Source: a virus
Length of the DNA stretch: 64,000 bases
Direction: 5' to 3' (one strand)
IMG/VR virus record: IMGVR_UViG_3300028549_003662
Location: 32,001-96,000 of that record
The translations under genes were made by a program, and so were the position numbers. Of the stretch, positions 32,089-41,791 are shown piece after piece. The notes under the pieces are model-generated. The model made no database searches. It was not told where the DNA came from and saw nothing but the letters and a program-made list of their open reading frames with translations. Each line of letters starts with the position of its first letter. Within the stretch, counting starts at the first letter, position 1.

Positions 32089-32796
32089 TTAGAACATGCG
32101 GGCAATTTCTGCCATGTGCTCCACGCCTTCACGCCCCACGAGGCGCAGCATGTCAGGCAGATAGTTGCGGCAGGTGTTGTAAATGGCCTCGGCCTTGCGG
32201 CTGTCGCTGTCGTAGCCGAAGTTGCCCGCCCAATCCTCGAACGTGCTCTCAATGGCCTCCAGGGCGTCACCGCACACCGTGGCGAGCACTTCTGCGGGTT
32301 GCGCCCCCAGGGGCTTCTTGTACCCCTGCTTGACGCTCTGCGAGGCGTTGAAGATGTTTACGATCTTCGCGGCCAACTCGGCTTGGTTGTGCAGGTGGCG
32401 TTGTTTACCGTTGAGCATGTTGCGGGCGGTGTAGCTGTCGCTCTCGGTGTACTTGCACCCCACCGGCCAATGGTTCAGCGCTTCTATGGGGCGCAGGAAG
32501 CTGTGTAGGACACAGCCGATGCCCATCTTGTAGGGCAGTTCGACTGTGACGAGTTCGCCACTTTTGTAGGTGACAACGTATGCGGTATGCGGCCACGGCC
32601 TCTTGGCGTGATCGCCGGTTTCGTCCACCGCACCTAGCGCAGCGCTCACCTTCGCGGTGACACCTGCTGCGGTCATGAGGCGTAGCGCTTCTTGCTGCGC
32701 TTCTTCGGGTGTGAGGTCTTCGTAGGAGCCGTTGATGGGGTTCTTGGTGATGCTCAATGCGTCCTCCGTTTCCATAGTGCTTTTCGTTTTGACCAC
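32089..32796 (-). CDS. conserved hypothetical phage protein
   Basis: FEDWAGNFGYDSDSRKAEAIYNTC motif. Confidence 0.7.
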   Translation of the reverse strand: MVKTKSTMETEDALSITKNPINGSYEDLTPEEAQQEALRLMTAAGVTAKVSAALGAVDETGDHAKRPWPHTAYVVTYKSGELVTVELPYKMGIGCVLHSFLRPIEALNHWPVGCKYTESDSYTARNMLNGKQRHLHNQAELAAKIVNIFNASQSVKQGYKKPLGAQPAEVLATVCGDALEAIESTFEDWAGNFGYDSDSRKAEAIYNTCRNYLPDMLRLVGREGVEHMAEIARMF

Positions 32797-33113
32797 CCAA
32801 CAGTGCTGTATTACGCGAAGTTCCTGTAGTAGGCCCAGGCGTGACCGCGCTGGACACGGACGTTCAGGCCGTTGCTGAATCCGCCGGTGTCGTAGAAGGT
32901 ACGCTTGGTGATTCGCATCATGCCGAACATACTGCGCTTGTAAAGGTGCGGGTTGTTATCCATGCCGCCAAGGACGGTACGCCTTCTCTTTCTACGCATG
33001 GTGCCTCCTGGTGGTTGTGGCGGGCACACCGGTGCCCGCCAGGTCTATGATGCGGTTATCTCTACTTCATAACGCCTCCACGGGGTTGCAGTTGAAAATA
33101 CCGTACACAAATG

Positions 33114-33152
33114 AAAAAGCCCGCATCCTACACAATGGCGGGATGCGGGCTT
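33114..33152 (-). terminator. Rho-independent terminator
   Basis: AAGCCCGCATCC...GGATGCGGGCTT stem followed by a U-run on the minus strand, directly after the stop at 33156. Confidence 0.75.
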
Positions 33153-34468
33153 CTATTATGCGCGGTCGGTGTTGATGCGGAATTGCTGTGTCTGCCGGTT
33201 GACGATGATGCTCCCGCGCCTCTCAAGCCCCTCAATGGCGCGCAGGTTAGGCTTGTCGTTCTTGTAGGTGTGCCACGTTTGGAACTTGAAGGCGAAGTCG
33301 AGCAGGTTGATTTGGTTGCTCCCCCTGGCGGTGAAGGGCTGTGCGCGCCCTGTGTAGATGCGCATCGCCCCTGCGGACTCGATGATGGTTGTCATGTCTG
33401 CCCCCTTGTTTTTTTTAGGTGAAGGCCGCGTCATTTTCATAGACGGGGAAGATGCTCCCCACATAGGCCCGCATGGCGGCTTCAAGCGGTGTACCGCCCT
33501 TGTAGCGGCATACGCGGTTGTGGACCTGATAGGAGAGATTGCCGTACCGCTTGCCGCCCGTGAAGGTAAACCTGCTCCAGCGCGCTATCTCGCCGCTGCC
33601 GACATCGCGTCCATGCATGGCGTACCATGTGCCGCCGTTCTCACGCAGTGCTATGCGGTATGCGGTGATGATGGGTCCGCCGTCCTCCCAGCGCGTCACG
33701 GGGTCGTACACCCCCTCCCGCTCTGCGGCTGCTGCTGCGGCATTGACATACCCCTGGCAGCGCGCAACGGCTTCCGTGAGTTCCGCGAGCGACATCGTGT
33801 ATGCGTTCACGCCGCCTCCCTGTTGCGGGCCTCGACGGTGTATGCGATGCCGTCAAAGCTGCTGCTGCCGTATGTGCGTGCCTCATCGGCGCGCTTGGCG
33901 TAGTCTTCTTCCGCGCTATCCGTGGCCTCCCCGGCTTCGTATAGGGCATCACCGATGCAGCGATTGGCCTCTTCGGCGGTGTGGAAGGTTCCCACCACCT
34001 TGTCGTCTATGAGGGCGACATAGACGATATCGACACGCGGCCCATGCACCCAGAAGGCTTCATTGCAGGACGTGCAGATGTAGGTTTCGGCGTCGCCTTC
34101 TATGGCATAGCCGTTGTTGTCGGTGTACGCGCCCATTTCGATAAACGCGCCGATGCTCTTCTTGACCTCGTTGCACAGACAGTACGGGCACCTCAGCATG
34201 TCGCCTCCTCCTGCCGCATGTAGCGGCATTGCTTTCTGTATTCCTTACGTGCGTTGCCGAGTTCGTTTCCGGGGAAGACCTCCCAGGCTATGCGGGTGTG
34301 CGTCTTGAAGTCGTGTGTGCGGACGTGGAAGTGTCCGTGTTCCAGCCAGAACGTTGTCCAGATGTCGTCCCTTTCCGTGCGCTGTATGTATCCGCATCCC
34401 AGCGCATACAGGGAGAGGTCAACGCCGTTCTTGAGCCTGAAGCGAAGTTCGGCCATGTCGTCCTCCCT

Positions 34469-35197
34469 TTATGCTATGACGCGCATCTGGCGCAGTATGG
34501 CGGTTGCGGTCATTGTGGCGGCCTCACGAGGGACGCCAAGGTGTGCGAGGTCCATCGCGTAGTCGGTGATGCGCGCCTTGCCCTCAAGGCTATCAGCGCC
34601 GTATGGCGTTGCGGGCACATTCTGCATCGACACCGGGAGCTTCGTGGGACTCATGGTCTTGTCTATGCAGCGCGGCTTCTTGGTGCGCTGTTCGTGTGTG
34701 CCCTGTGTTTCGCAGTCCACGACGGTATCGAACACCTTGACGGCCTGTTCGCTCCCCACCTTGCCGTTACCGCGCTTCTCTATGCGCTCCGCGGTCTGTA
34801 TGGCATCAGCGACGCTTTCAACGACGACACCGGCCTTCATAGCCTCTGTGCTGATCTCGTCAACGTACAGCGGCGCCTTCGCCCCCATGAGCACCGCACA
34901 CGGGTATCCGGTTTCTGCCGTATACCCCAGCCCCTCCATGTGCTCAACGCTCACCGCCAGCGTACCGTGATCGCCGTGGTAGAGCAGCCGCCCCGTGCTA
35001 TCCTGCATGTGTTGGCCGTCCATGTTGAGCACGGCGTACATCATGCCGGCCATGCAGACCATCTTGCACGTGGTGGCGTATTCGCGGACTTGCAGAGCGG
35101 TTTCGAGTTCAACGCTCTTGCGCGTTTCTGCGATGCTCATGCGGTTCTTGATCTCGACGACATTCGTGGCCTTCTGCTGCTTACGTGCGGTATTCAT
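34469..35197 (-). CDS. hypothetical protein
   Basis: 242-aa ORF with GAGGAG SD. Confidence 0.65.
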   Translation of the reverse strand: MNTARKQQKATNVVEIKNRMSIAETRKSVELETALQVREYATTCKMVCMAGMMYAVLNMDGQHMQDSTGRLLYHGDHGTLAVSVEHMEGLGYTAETGYPCAVLMGAKAPLYVDEISTEAMKAGVVVESVADAIQTAERIEKRGNGKVGSEQAVKVFDTVVDCETQGTHEQRTKKPRCIDKTMSPTKLPVSMQNVPATPYGADSLEGKARITDYAMDLAHLGVPREAATMTATAILRQMRVIA

Positions 35198-35745
35198 AGT
35201 GCGCTCCTCTGGCTTTTATTTCTACACGTCTATACATTTTTACCACCGTCAAAGGCTGTATGCTATGTGCGGGGCATCCAGATCATCATCGCTGCTACCT
35301 GCATCAGCATTCCGACCATCAGCGCGGCCAGTATGCGCTCACGCCGCTCCCAGACCGCAACCCTCACCATACGTCCTATGTACATTACTCCGACACCTCC
35401 AGCGTGTAGTCCATAGAGGGGATGAACCCGGTTTCTTCCATCGCATCTTCCAGCCCGCCCATGATACGCACAAGGGCTTTCTGCGCGTTGTTGCAATTCA
35501 GCACCTCGTCGAGTGCCTTCTTCCGCGTCCACACGTTGGCGTCTTTGTCTGCCAGGATAAACGCGCTCTTCTCTCTGCGCGCTTCTATGAGGCGGTAGAT
35601 GGTGTTGAAGTCCTTCACGAGTTCGTCCTGGGCGCATTCATAGGGGCTTTTTCTACGGGGTTCCTTCGCCACAATCGTTCTCCTATCGCGTCTATATGTC
35701 GCGGTTTTTGTGTTTTTGTTGGCCTTTCTCAACCAACTGGCAAAC

Positions 35746-35774
35746 ATTCTCTCACACTTTTTCACCTTTGTCAA
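35746..35774 (-). promoter_or_regulatory. sigma70-type promoter driving the leftward early-type gene array
   Basis: TTGACA-17 nt-GAGAAT with extended -10 TG, at the edge of the non-coding block. Confidence 0.6.
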
Positions 35775-36030
35775 GAGGCTGAAATGATTGACTTTCTTTT
35801 CCAAGTCACTAATATAGCATAGATAATTACTATGTAGCTTAATAGATTATAGAATGTCTACAACACGATACTATCATAGAGGGGTAAAGGGGGAGTACTA
35901 TGCATAGGCCGCAAGGGGCGTCATAGATGCATAGGTTTGATCTTTGAAGAAGGGGAAGAACACGGATAGATGGATAGTTGATTAGGAGGCTATCATAGGA
36001 GGCCTTCCACGTGGTATTATCTGGTACCTC

Positions 36031-36177
36031 CCTCGCGCCACCCGCACACCCGCACACCCGCACACCCGCACCCGCACACCCGCACACCCGCACACCCGCA
36101 CCTCCCGCACACCCGCACCCGCACACCCGCACCCGCACACCTCGCACACCTCGCGCCACCCGCACCCGCACACCCGC
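36031..36177. repeat. (CACACCCG)n / (CACCCG)n microsatellite-like tandem repeat
   Basis: About 16 copies of CCCGC in 6-8 nt units; G-rich on the minus strand. Confidence 0.95.
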
Positions 36178-36196
36178 TACTATGCGCGCGTACACG

Positions 36197-36561
36197 TCTA
36201 TAGCGGAGTCATTTCCATAGCTTACTACGTTCTGACGGCAGATGTGGGCCTCTATAGAGGGGCTATTTCCATAGCCGTTTAGAACCCGACCACAGATGCG
36301 GGCTTCAATAGCAGGCCTCTATAGACCTCGGCCCGCTATAGACGCGGAATGACACGCGCATGCCCCCTCTATAGAGGCGCGTGCCCGTATGTGCGCGTCC
36401 TCTATAGATCGCGGGCGTATTGCGCCTCTATAGAGGGGATCTCCCCTGTCGGGATAGCAGGTATGCGGGCACTTCTGGTAGCAGGAAACGCCCCTATTGC
36501 GTGACCTGGCCGGCGTTTCTATGGCCGCACAAGGCCATATAGGGCGTAAAGCCCCTATAGG
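36197..36561. repeat. cluster of CTATAG-core palindromes (CCTCTATAGAGG)
   Basis: Full 12-mer at 36249, 36366 and 36425; partial copies at 36197, 36316, 36335, 36399 and 36554. Confidence 0.85.
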
Positions 36562-36731
36562 AGAGATACGCATAGCTGTGAATATCGGCGTTTTTCGTGG
36601 ATTATGTTGGTATCAGGGGCTTACAAGGCAAGCCCCCCTTTCGGGCCGATACTGCCCTACAGGGGAAAAGGGGAAGGATAAGAAGAGGGTATGAAGAGGC
36701 GATTATGGGCGATTATGGCCGATTATAGGCG

Positions 36732-36773
36732 AAAAGCAGGGCACAAGGGCTTTTTATGATGCCCTTGTGCCCT
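36732..36773 (-). terminator. Rho-independent terminator
   Basis: Perfect 13-bp stem AGGGCACAAGGGC/GCCCTTGTGCCCT followed by GCUUUU on the minus strand, after the stop at 36791. Confidence 0.7.
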
Positions 36774-36790
36774 ATATGGCGCGGCCCCTC

Positions 36791-37087
36791 CTATTCGAGT
36801 TCAAAGGCCATGCTACGGGTAATGCGCTCAATCTCCTGATACGGCACCTCCTCCTGTTCCGTCACGAATTCAATTACGCCGGAGTACCGAGACAACGGCT
36901 GGCGCAATTCCGCGCCTATGTCCATTGCCCGGAGTTCGTCCAATGCAGAGCGGCGCAACAATGCGGCGCTTTTGTCGTTTCCCTTGTCATATGGCGCGCG
37001 TCTTGGCGTTCTGGCCTTTGCGGATGCATCGGCGCAAAAAGCATCTAAAGCACGCTCAATCTTTGCGATATCGGTAGCAGAAAGCAT
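36791..37087 (-). CDS. hypothetical protein
   Basis: ORF with AAGGGG SD, between two hairpins. Confidence 0.6.
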   Translation of the reverse strand: MLSATDIAKIERALDAFCADASAKARTPRRAPYDKGNDKSAALLRRSALDELRAMDIGAELRQPLSRYSGVIEFVTEQEEVPYQEIERITRSMAFELE

Positions 37088-37154
37088 GATTTTTTCCCCT
37101 TTACGTTTACAGGGCAGGAAAGGCTTTTATGCCTTCCCTGCCCCGTATGGTGGA

Positions 37155-37769
37155 TTAAGCGCCTATCTTCTTGGCAATCTTCAGCATCATTGCGGCCAAT
37201 TGGTCAATGGCCGCGCCTTGCGAGTTCACCTTATCTGCCAGGGAAGCAGCTTCGCCATGCTCGGACTTGGCAGGCACCTTGTCCCCAGCGGCCATGCGCG
37301 AGGTCTTGGCAGGTGCCTTGTCTCCTGCGGCCATGCGCGAGGTCTTGGGCGTTTCCGTCAAGAGTTCCGTCATATGCTCGGAAACGCTCTTTCCGTAAAT
37401 GTCCTCAAAGTCGGCCTTGCCCTCCTCAAAACGGTTTTGCATGGTACGCGGCACCACTGCGAGGACATTGGAAGCGGCCTTTCCCTTTGGGGTGATAACC
37501 ATTTGCACGTCCACACCTTCAGGCAGGTAGCCGAACGCCCGCGCCATATCGGCAAGGTTGACGTAAAGGTCCGGGCCGCCTTCTTTGCGTCCGTCGAAAA
37601 CGGCAAGATGTCCACTTGTGCTGATATGCTTCACGCTCGCCGTGAAATTAACCGTCATTGGCTTTGTTTCGCTCTTGCGCGAAGTGGAAGCGGCCTTTGT
37701 TTCGCTCTTGCGCGAAGTGGAAGCGGCGGGAACGGCCTTTGTCGTGTTGGGCTTTGTCAATCTCGGCAT
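37155..37769 (-). CDS. divergent cold-shock-domain (OB-fold)-like protein with low-complexity repeats
   Basis: ASVKH...EGGPDLYVN...LPEGVDV...TPKGKAASNV resembles a CSD; repeats AASTSRKSETK x2 and KTSRMAAGDK-x-PA x2; start MPRLTK. Confidence 0.55.
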   Translation of the reverse strand: MPRLTKPNTTKAVPAASTSRKSETKAASTSRKSETKPMTVNFTASVKHISTSGHLAVFDGRKEGGPDLYVNLADMARAFGYLPEGVDVQMVITPKGKAASNVLAVVPRTMQNRFEEGKADFEDIYGKSVSEHMTELLTETPKTSRMAAGDKAPAKTSRMAAGDKVPAKSEHGEAASLADKVNSQGAAIDQLAAMMLKIAKKIGA

Positions 37770-38007
37770 GTTGAATTCCTTTGCCCTTTCGGGCGGGGTT
37801 TTGCGGGTAGTGCGGGCTTGCACCGTTCCGCGAAAATTCATCTTATCCGGTTTTCTTGTCTCACGCCACAAAAGACGTGTCAAACATTATTTTCACTTTT
37901 TCACAAAATAGATTGTTAACAATTACAAGGCACTGTTAAGCAAGTATGCGGAATGATAAAGAGAACATAGGCAAGGAAATTTTAGCAGGGGGGGGGTGGG
38001 CTGTTTG

Positions 38008-38156
38008 ACACCTCTCGCAGCGCACTACAAAATTTAGGCATACTGCCCTTTACAAAATGTGTACACCTCCATCGCAGCGCACTACAAAATTTAGGCATAC
38101 AAAATGTGTACACCTCCATCGCAGCGCACTACAAAATTTAGCTATACAAAATGTGT
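38008..38156. repeat. 47-bp tandem direct repeat (about 3 copies)
   Basis: ACAAAATGTGTACACCTCCATCGCAGCGCACTACAAAATTTAGGCAT at 38052 and 38099 (2 mismatches), partial copies at 38008 and 38146. Confidence 0.95.
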
Positions 38157-38167
38157 CGAGCGTAGGC

Positions 38168-38197
38168 AAAAAGAAAAGGGAGGCCTGACCTCCCTTC
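38168..38197 (-). terminator. Rho-independent terminator ending the purZ-containing transcript
   Basis: AAGGGAGG-ucagg-CCUCCCUU then UUCUUUUU on the minus strand, directly after the stop at 38200. Confidence 0.8.
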
Positions 38198-38199
38198 TA

Positions 38200-38436
38200 T
38201 CACAAGCAAGCACGCTGCTTACTTCGTGGCAGACCTGATCGCTCCCTCCCTGCTATCGTTGGCCGGTACGCTGATACACGCGCAGAGCATGCCACGTAGC
38301 CGAGACCGCGCAACTCCTCCAAAACCTCAATGGTGCGCACTGGGTCGATGTACGTCCACTCCACGGCCTCGTAGTCCGGCCGCCACATCCCCTGCGTTAC
38401 CAACAGAACGAGTACAGCGTGCTGGGCGTCTGTCAT
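38200..38436 (-). CDS. small hypothetical protein (winged-helix-like)
   Basis: LEELRGLGYV...YRPTIAGRE; ATGA overlap with purZ. Confidence 0.55.
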   Translation of the reverse strand: MTDAQHAVLVLLVTQGMWRPDYEAVEWTYIDPVRTIEVLEELRGLGYVACSARVSAYRPTIAGRERSGLPRSKQRACL

Positions 38437-39434
38437 TTCAGTAGCCCTGTGAATGTGAGGAGGCCGCTACTCCCCCTTATGGACGTGATATCCTCCAGGC
38501 ATGGACCCGTACCTACCAGGATACGCTTCCCACGCAGCAGGCGGGCAAACTCCTTCATCTCCTCCCAGGTGCGGACGTAGTTGTAGAAGTTCAGGAACAC
38601 CACGTCGGGGCGGCACAGCTTGAGGGCGTCGCGGAGTTGCTGCGCAGAGAAGGTGGCGACGCGGCGGATGCGCTGCGTTACCGTCGTGCGCTCAGCGGGC
38701 TGACCCAGCGCCTCCCATGACGTCTCCGTGCTGTCGGGGTAGAATGGGCCTGATGGCCCGCCTACACGGATCGGATACGTGCGCAGCGACAGATACACCC
38801 GGCCGAGATGACAGGGATGGAGACGGGCGTCGGATAACGCCTGGGAGGGGCTGATGTCGCGTGAGGTGCAGTGGGGGTAGAAACCGGCGTTGATGCCAAG
38901 CGACACCCCCTGTGCGGTCTCCATCAATGCCGTGCATCCGTCGTCGAGATGACCAGCCAGGTCAAAGGGCGCGCACATCGACCGCAGAAGCGGATGCTGG
39001 CCCGCCAATACGGCCTCACGGAGGATCTTGCGCGACAATGCATGGCCGGTGCCGGATGCCGTCGTTGATATGGCGGCAACAGCAGATGCGGGGTCGCGCT
39101 CGAATGCGACGTCGGTGTCCTCCACAACAGCAGCAGCGGGGTGGATGCGCACACGGTCGGCGTCGACATCATACGCGTCCATCTCCGCAAGCAGCGCCGC
39201 AGGAGCAATGATGCTCCCCGCGGTGAGGTAGATCTGCGCGCGCTTGTTGATGACACCACCAACCGGCAACTGCTTCACCATCACGCGGTAGCCGTCGCGC
39301 TCACGATATGTGTGCCCGGCATTCGGCGACAACGATGATGCGAAGATGTCGTAGTGGCGCGTGTTCGCGATGTACCCCGCCAGCGCACCCTTGCCGGTGC
39401 TGCCGAACTGCCCGTCTATGATGATGTCCATCAC
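38433..39434 (-). CDS. purZ: PurZ, N6-succino-2-amino-2'-deoxyadenylate synthase (PurA paralog)
   Basis: GQFGSTGKG (Ser in place of the PurA catalytic Asp), PNAGHT, ETAQG, YPHCTSRD, RTYPIRVGG, RTTVT..IRRV, and VFLNFYNY (ATP-type, not PurA TKLD); short 333-aa form. Confidence 0.9.
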   Translation of the reverse strand: MMDIIIDGQFGSTGKGALAGYIANTRHYDIFASSLSPNAGHTYRERDGYRVMVKQLPVGGVINKRAQIYLTAGSIIAPAALLAEMDAYDVDADRVRIHPAAAVVEDTDVAFERDPASAVAAISTTASGTGHALSRKILREAVLAGQHPLLRSMCAPFDLAGHLDDGCTALMETAQGVSLGINAGFYPHCTSRDISPSQALSDARLHPCHLGRVYLSLRTYPIRVGGPSGPFYPDSTETSWEALGQPAERTTVTQRIRRVATFSAQQLRDALKLCRPDVVFLNFYNYVRTWEEMKEFARLLRGKRILVGTGPCLEDITSIRGSSGLLTFTGLLK

Positions 39435-39880
39435 ACCACCGGGACGAGGTAGCCGTGCCGCTCGGCAGGAACGCCGGAAGCCTCACGTCCCTCTGCTGTC
39501 GGTGTATATGCGGTGCGATACGGGGCCACGACAGCGCATGTCGCGAGACCACGCCGCACAAGACTGTTCATGATGCGCGTGGTGTGCGAGCAGTTGCCGT
39601 ACGTCCACCCACAGGTGAAGTGCACCTCCCAGTACCCGTACTCGCACAACCCGCGCAGGCACGATAGCTGGTCACTCCCCAGGGCGCGCATCCGCGGGCT
39701 CCATCGTGAACTCGGCGACCACACGCACATCCACCTCCACGACTACGAGGTGGAATCCGAGCTCATATATGCGCTCCAGGCACATGTTGGTGCGGTCCTG
39801 CATCTTCGTAATAGCCTCTATGATGTCGTTGTAGCGCGCATCCTGCAGATCACCGGCGGGGTTCCGCCACCCCCAGCACC

Positions 39881-40618
39881 TCATGACGCCTCCCCCACGA
39901 ACTTCAGCATCTCACGCAGCAGCTCGGTGCCGACAACGGTCTCGTCACCCCTGTGCTCCGAGCGCTGTATCTGCTCCAGCACCTGCGCGCGTATGATGCG
40001 CTCCCTGTCGCCGCACTGCGCGATGGGGCGCAGAGCACCCACGGAGGCGTAGAAGTCCATCAGGAGGTTCCGCGGCAGCGCGATGTGCGACTCCGGGTAC
40101 TCATGCAGCCTGTTGCGGACCTTACCCACCACAGCGTAGTCGCAGACGGGCTCCTCAATGAGCTTCAGCATGTCACGCAACAGCACCACCGGTGCGATGA
40201 CGGCATCGGCGTCGTCAGGGTTGTAGATGCACTTCTCCACCGCATCGAGGATGTCGAACTCGCGCTGCAGCAATGGACGCTTCGCACGCAGAGTGTGCTC
40301 CACCTCATGGTGGGCGTCCAGGAGCATCTGGCGCGGGAGCCCGATGAGGCGCTCCACGACACCATATAAGGCCCGGTGGAGTTGCGTGATGGCGTCAGGG
40401 GGTGCTGGGACGGCGCGCGCAAGAACCCGCAGGAGCACGATGAGGTCGCCGACGTCGACATGCGCATGCAGTGTACCCTGCTGCCGCGTGAGGCCCTCCA
40501 CGCGCAGAAACGCCGCATGCTCCTTCGGCGTCAGCTTGTGCGCGCAGAACGGGCACGGCTCCGCGACATCGTTGCTGCGCCACTCACGGCCGCATGTTCC
40601 GCAGTTGATTTCCATCAC
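39881..40618 (-). CDS. hypothetical protein with N-terminal CxxC...CPFC Zn ribbon
   Basis: CGTC...CPFC; similar N-terminus in 50105..50554. Confidence 0.6.
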   Translation of the reverse strand: MMEINCGTCGREWRSNDVAEPCPFCAHKLTPKEHAAFLRVEGLTRQQGTLHAHVDVGDLIVLLRVLARAVPAPPDAITQLHRALYGVVERLIGLPRQMLLDAHHEVEHTLRAKRPLLQREFDILDAVEKCIYNPDDADAVIAPVVLLRDMLKLIEEPVCDYAVVGKVRNRLHEYPESHIALPRNLLMDFYASVGALRPIAQCGDRERIIRAQVLEQIQRSEHRGDETVVGTELLREMLKFVGEAS

Positions 40619-40948
40619 AGCGCTCCTTCACCGAGCGCTGTGAGCTCGTACTTGCCGTTTTCGCGGAAGACGAGACCGAGATCCGTCGCTTCGCGCAGCA
40701 GCGTCGCCGTGATGGCGCGCACGTCGCCGTTCTTCACGGCATGCAGCGCCCGCACCAGCGCGGCGTCCATAGCGGGCGGGGCGTCTTCCACGAAGCGGAC
40801 GAAGTTCGGGTACGCGATCTCGACATTGCCGTCATCGCGTTCCACCACAATACCGGCTGTGTGGCTCCCCAGGACGACCCCGGTGTACCTCACGCTTTGC
40901 TTGGTGTAATCGGTGTGGACCTCACAGCGGCGCCCGGAAATACGTGTA

Positions 40949-41464
40949 TTATCCAACATCTCGTCCTCCTGTGCGCGCCCGGCATTCGAGCGCGGTTTTT
41001 TCGATGTGACACTTCGTGCAGAGCGTCTGCAGGTTGCTCGGCAGCCACGCCGCATACCACTCGATGACATTAGCCTGCGTGAGCTCCTGCAGGTCCAGCA
41101 GCGGCCACCTGTGCAGCGGTATGATGTGGTCGACCTCCGTCGCGGTCTCGTACGCTGTGAGCCCGCATGTCGCGCACGTCCAGTTGTCACGCTTCTTGAT
41201 GAGCTTGCGCATGTACTTCCAGTCGAAGAGCATGCGGTACTCGTTCACGCACTCCAGGTGCCAGGTCGCGCGCGTCGGCGACTTCCGCTGCCCCTTCAGG
41301 ATGGGCTGGTCGCACCACTCACACCAGCCGCGGCGGTCGGTGCCGTGACGCTTGTAGTGGGCGTACATCCACGGCGGCTTCGGCGGGCAGCGGTGGAGGT
41401 GCGGAACCACGATACCCGCGCGCACCGGCGGCGTCCGATCCCCTGCGCTCTTCAGGAGCTTCAT
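40949..41464 (-). CDS. HNH endonuclease
   Basis: RDNWTCATCG...EVDHIIPL...SNLQTLCTKCHIEKT. Confidence 0.9.
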   Translation of the reverse strand: MKLLKSAGDRTPPVRAGIVVPHLHRCPPKPPWMYAHYKRHGTDRRGWCEWCDQPILKGQRKSPTRATWHLECVNEYRMLFDWKYMRKLIKKRDNWTCATCGLTAYETATEVDHIIPLHRWPLLDLQELTQANVIEWYAAWLPSNLQTLCTKCHIEKTALECRARTGGRDVG

Positions 41465-41791
41465 CCCTTCCGCGCCTCCGCGATAGCGAAGCGCAGCGCG
41501 TCCGCGATCTCATCGCGCCGCAAACCCCCGATGACGACCGTCTGGGCGTCAAGGCCGTCCACAAGCAGCAGAAGGCGTTCCAGAATCTCGAATTGGCGCG
41601 CGTAGAAGATGCGGTGCAGTGTGCACTCTTCGCCCTTCAGGGGGTAGTTGTGGTCCATCCCCATGTCGTAGGTGTCGCGGAGGCCGCCGCAGGTCTTGCA
41701 CGTCCAGGGATTGCTGCGATGACCACCACGGATGGGGCAGTCGAGCGGGCACTCGTCGCTTTCCACCATCTCCTTCGTGATGACAAACTCC

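Larger units (their letters stand above)
2524..35700 (-). other. array of about 80 small co-oriented hypothetical phage genes (early/host-takeover-like region)
   Basis: Contiguous minus-strand ORFs of 60-470 aa with GGAGG SD sites, often inside the previous gene's last codons or with ATGA overlaps; few recognisable families. Confidence 0.8.

Noticed and set aside
35839-36220. ORFs across the CACACCCG repeat
   Set aside because: These are low-complexity translations of the repeat with no SD.
38008-38156. Possible CRISPR mini-array
   Set aside because: The units are contiguous, with no unique spacers, and no cas genes are present.
38433-39434. Ordinary adenylosuccinate synthetase (purA)
   Set aside because: It lacks the GDEGKG Asp and the TKxD guanine-specificity motif.
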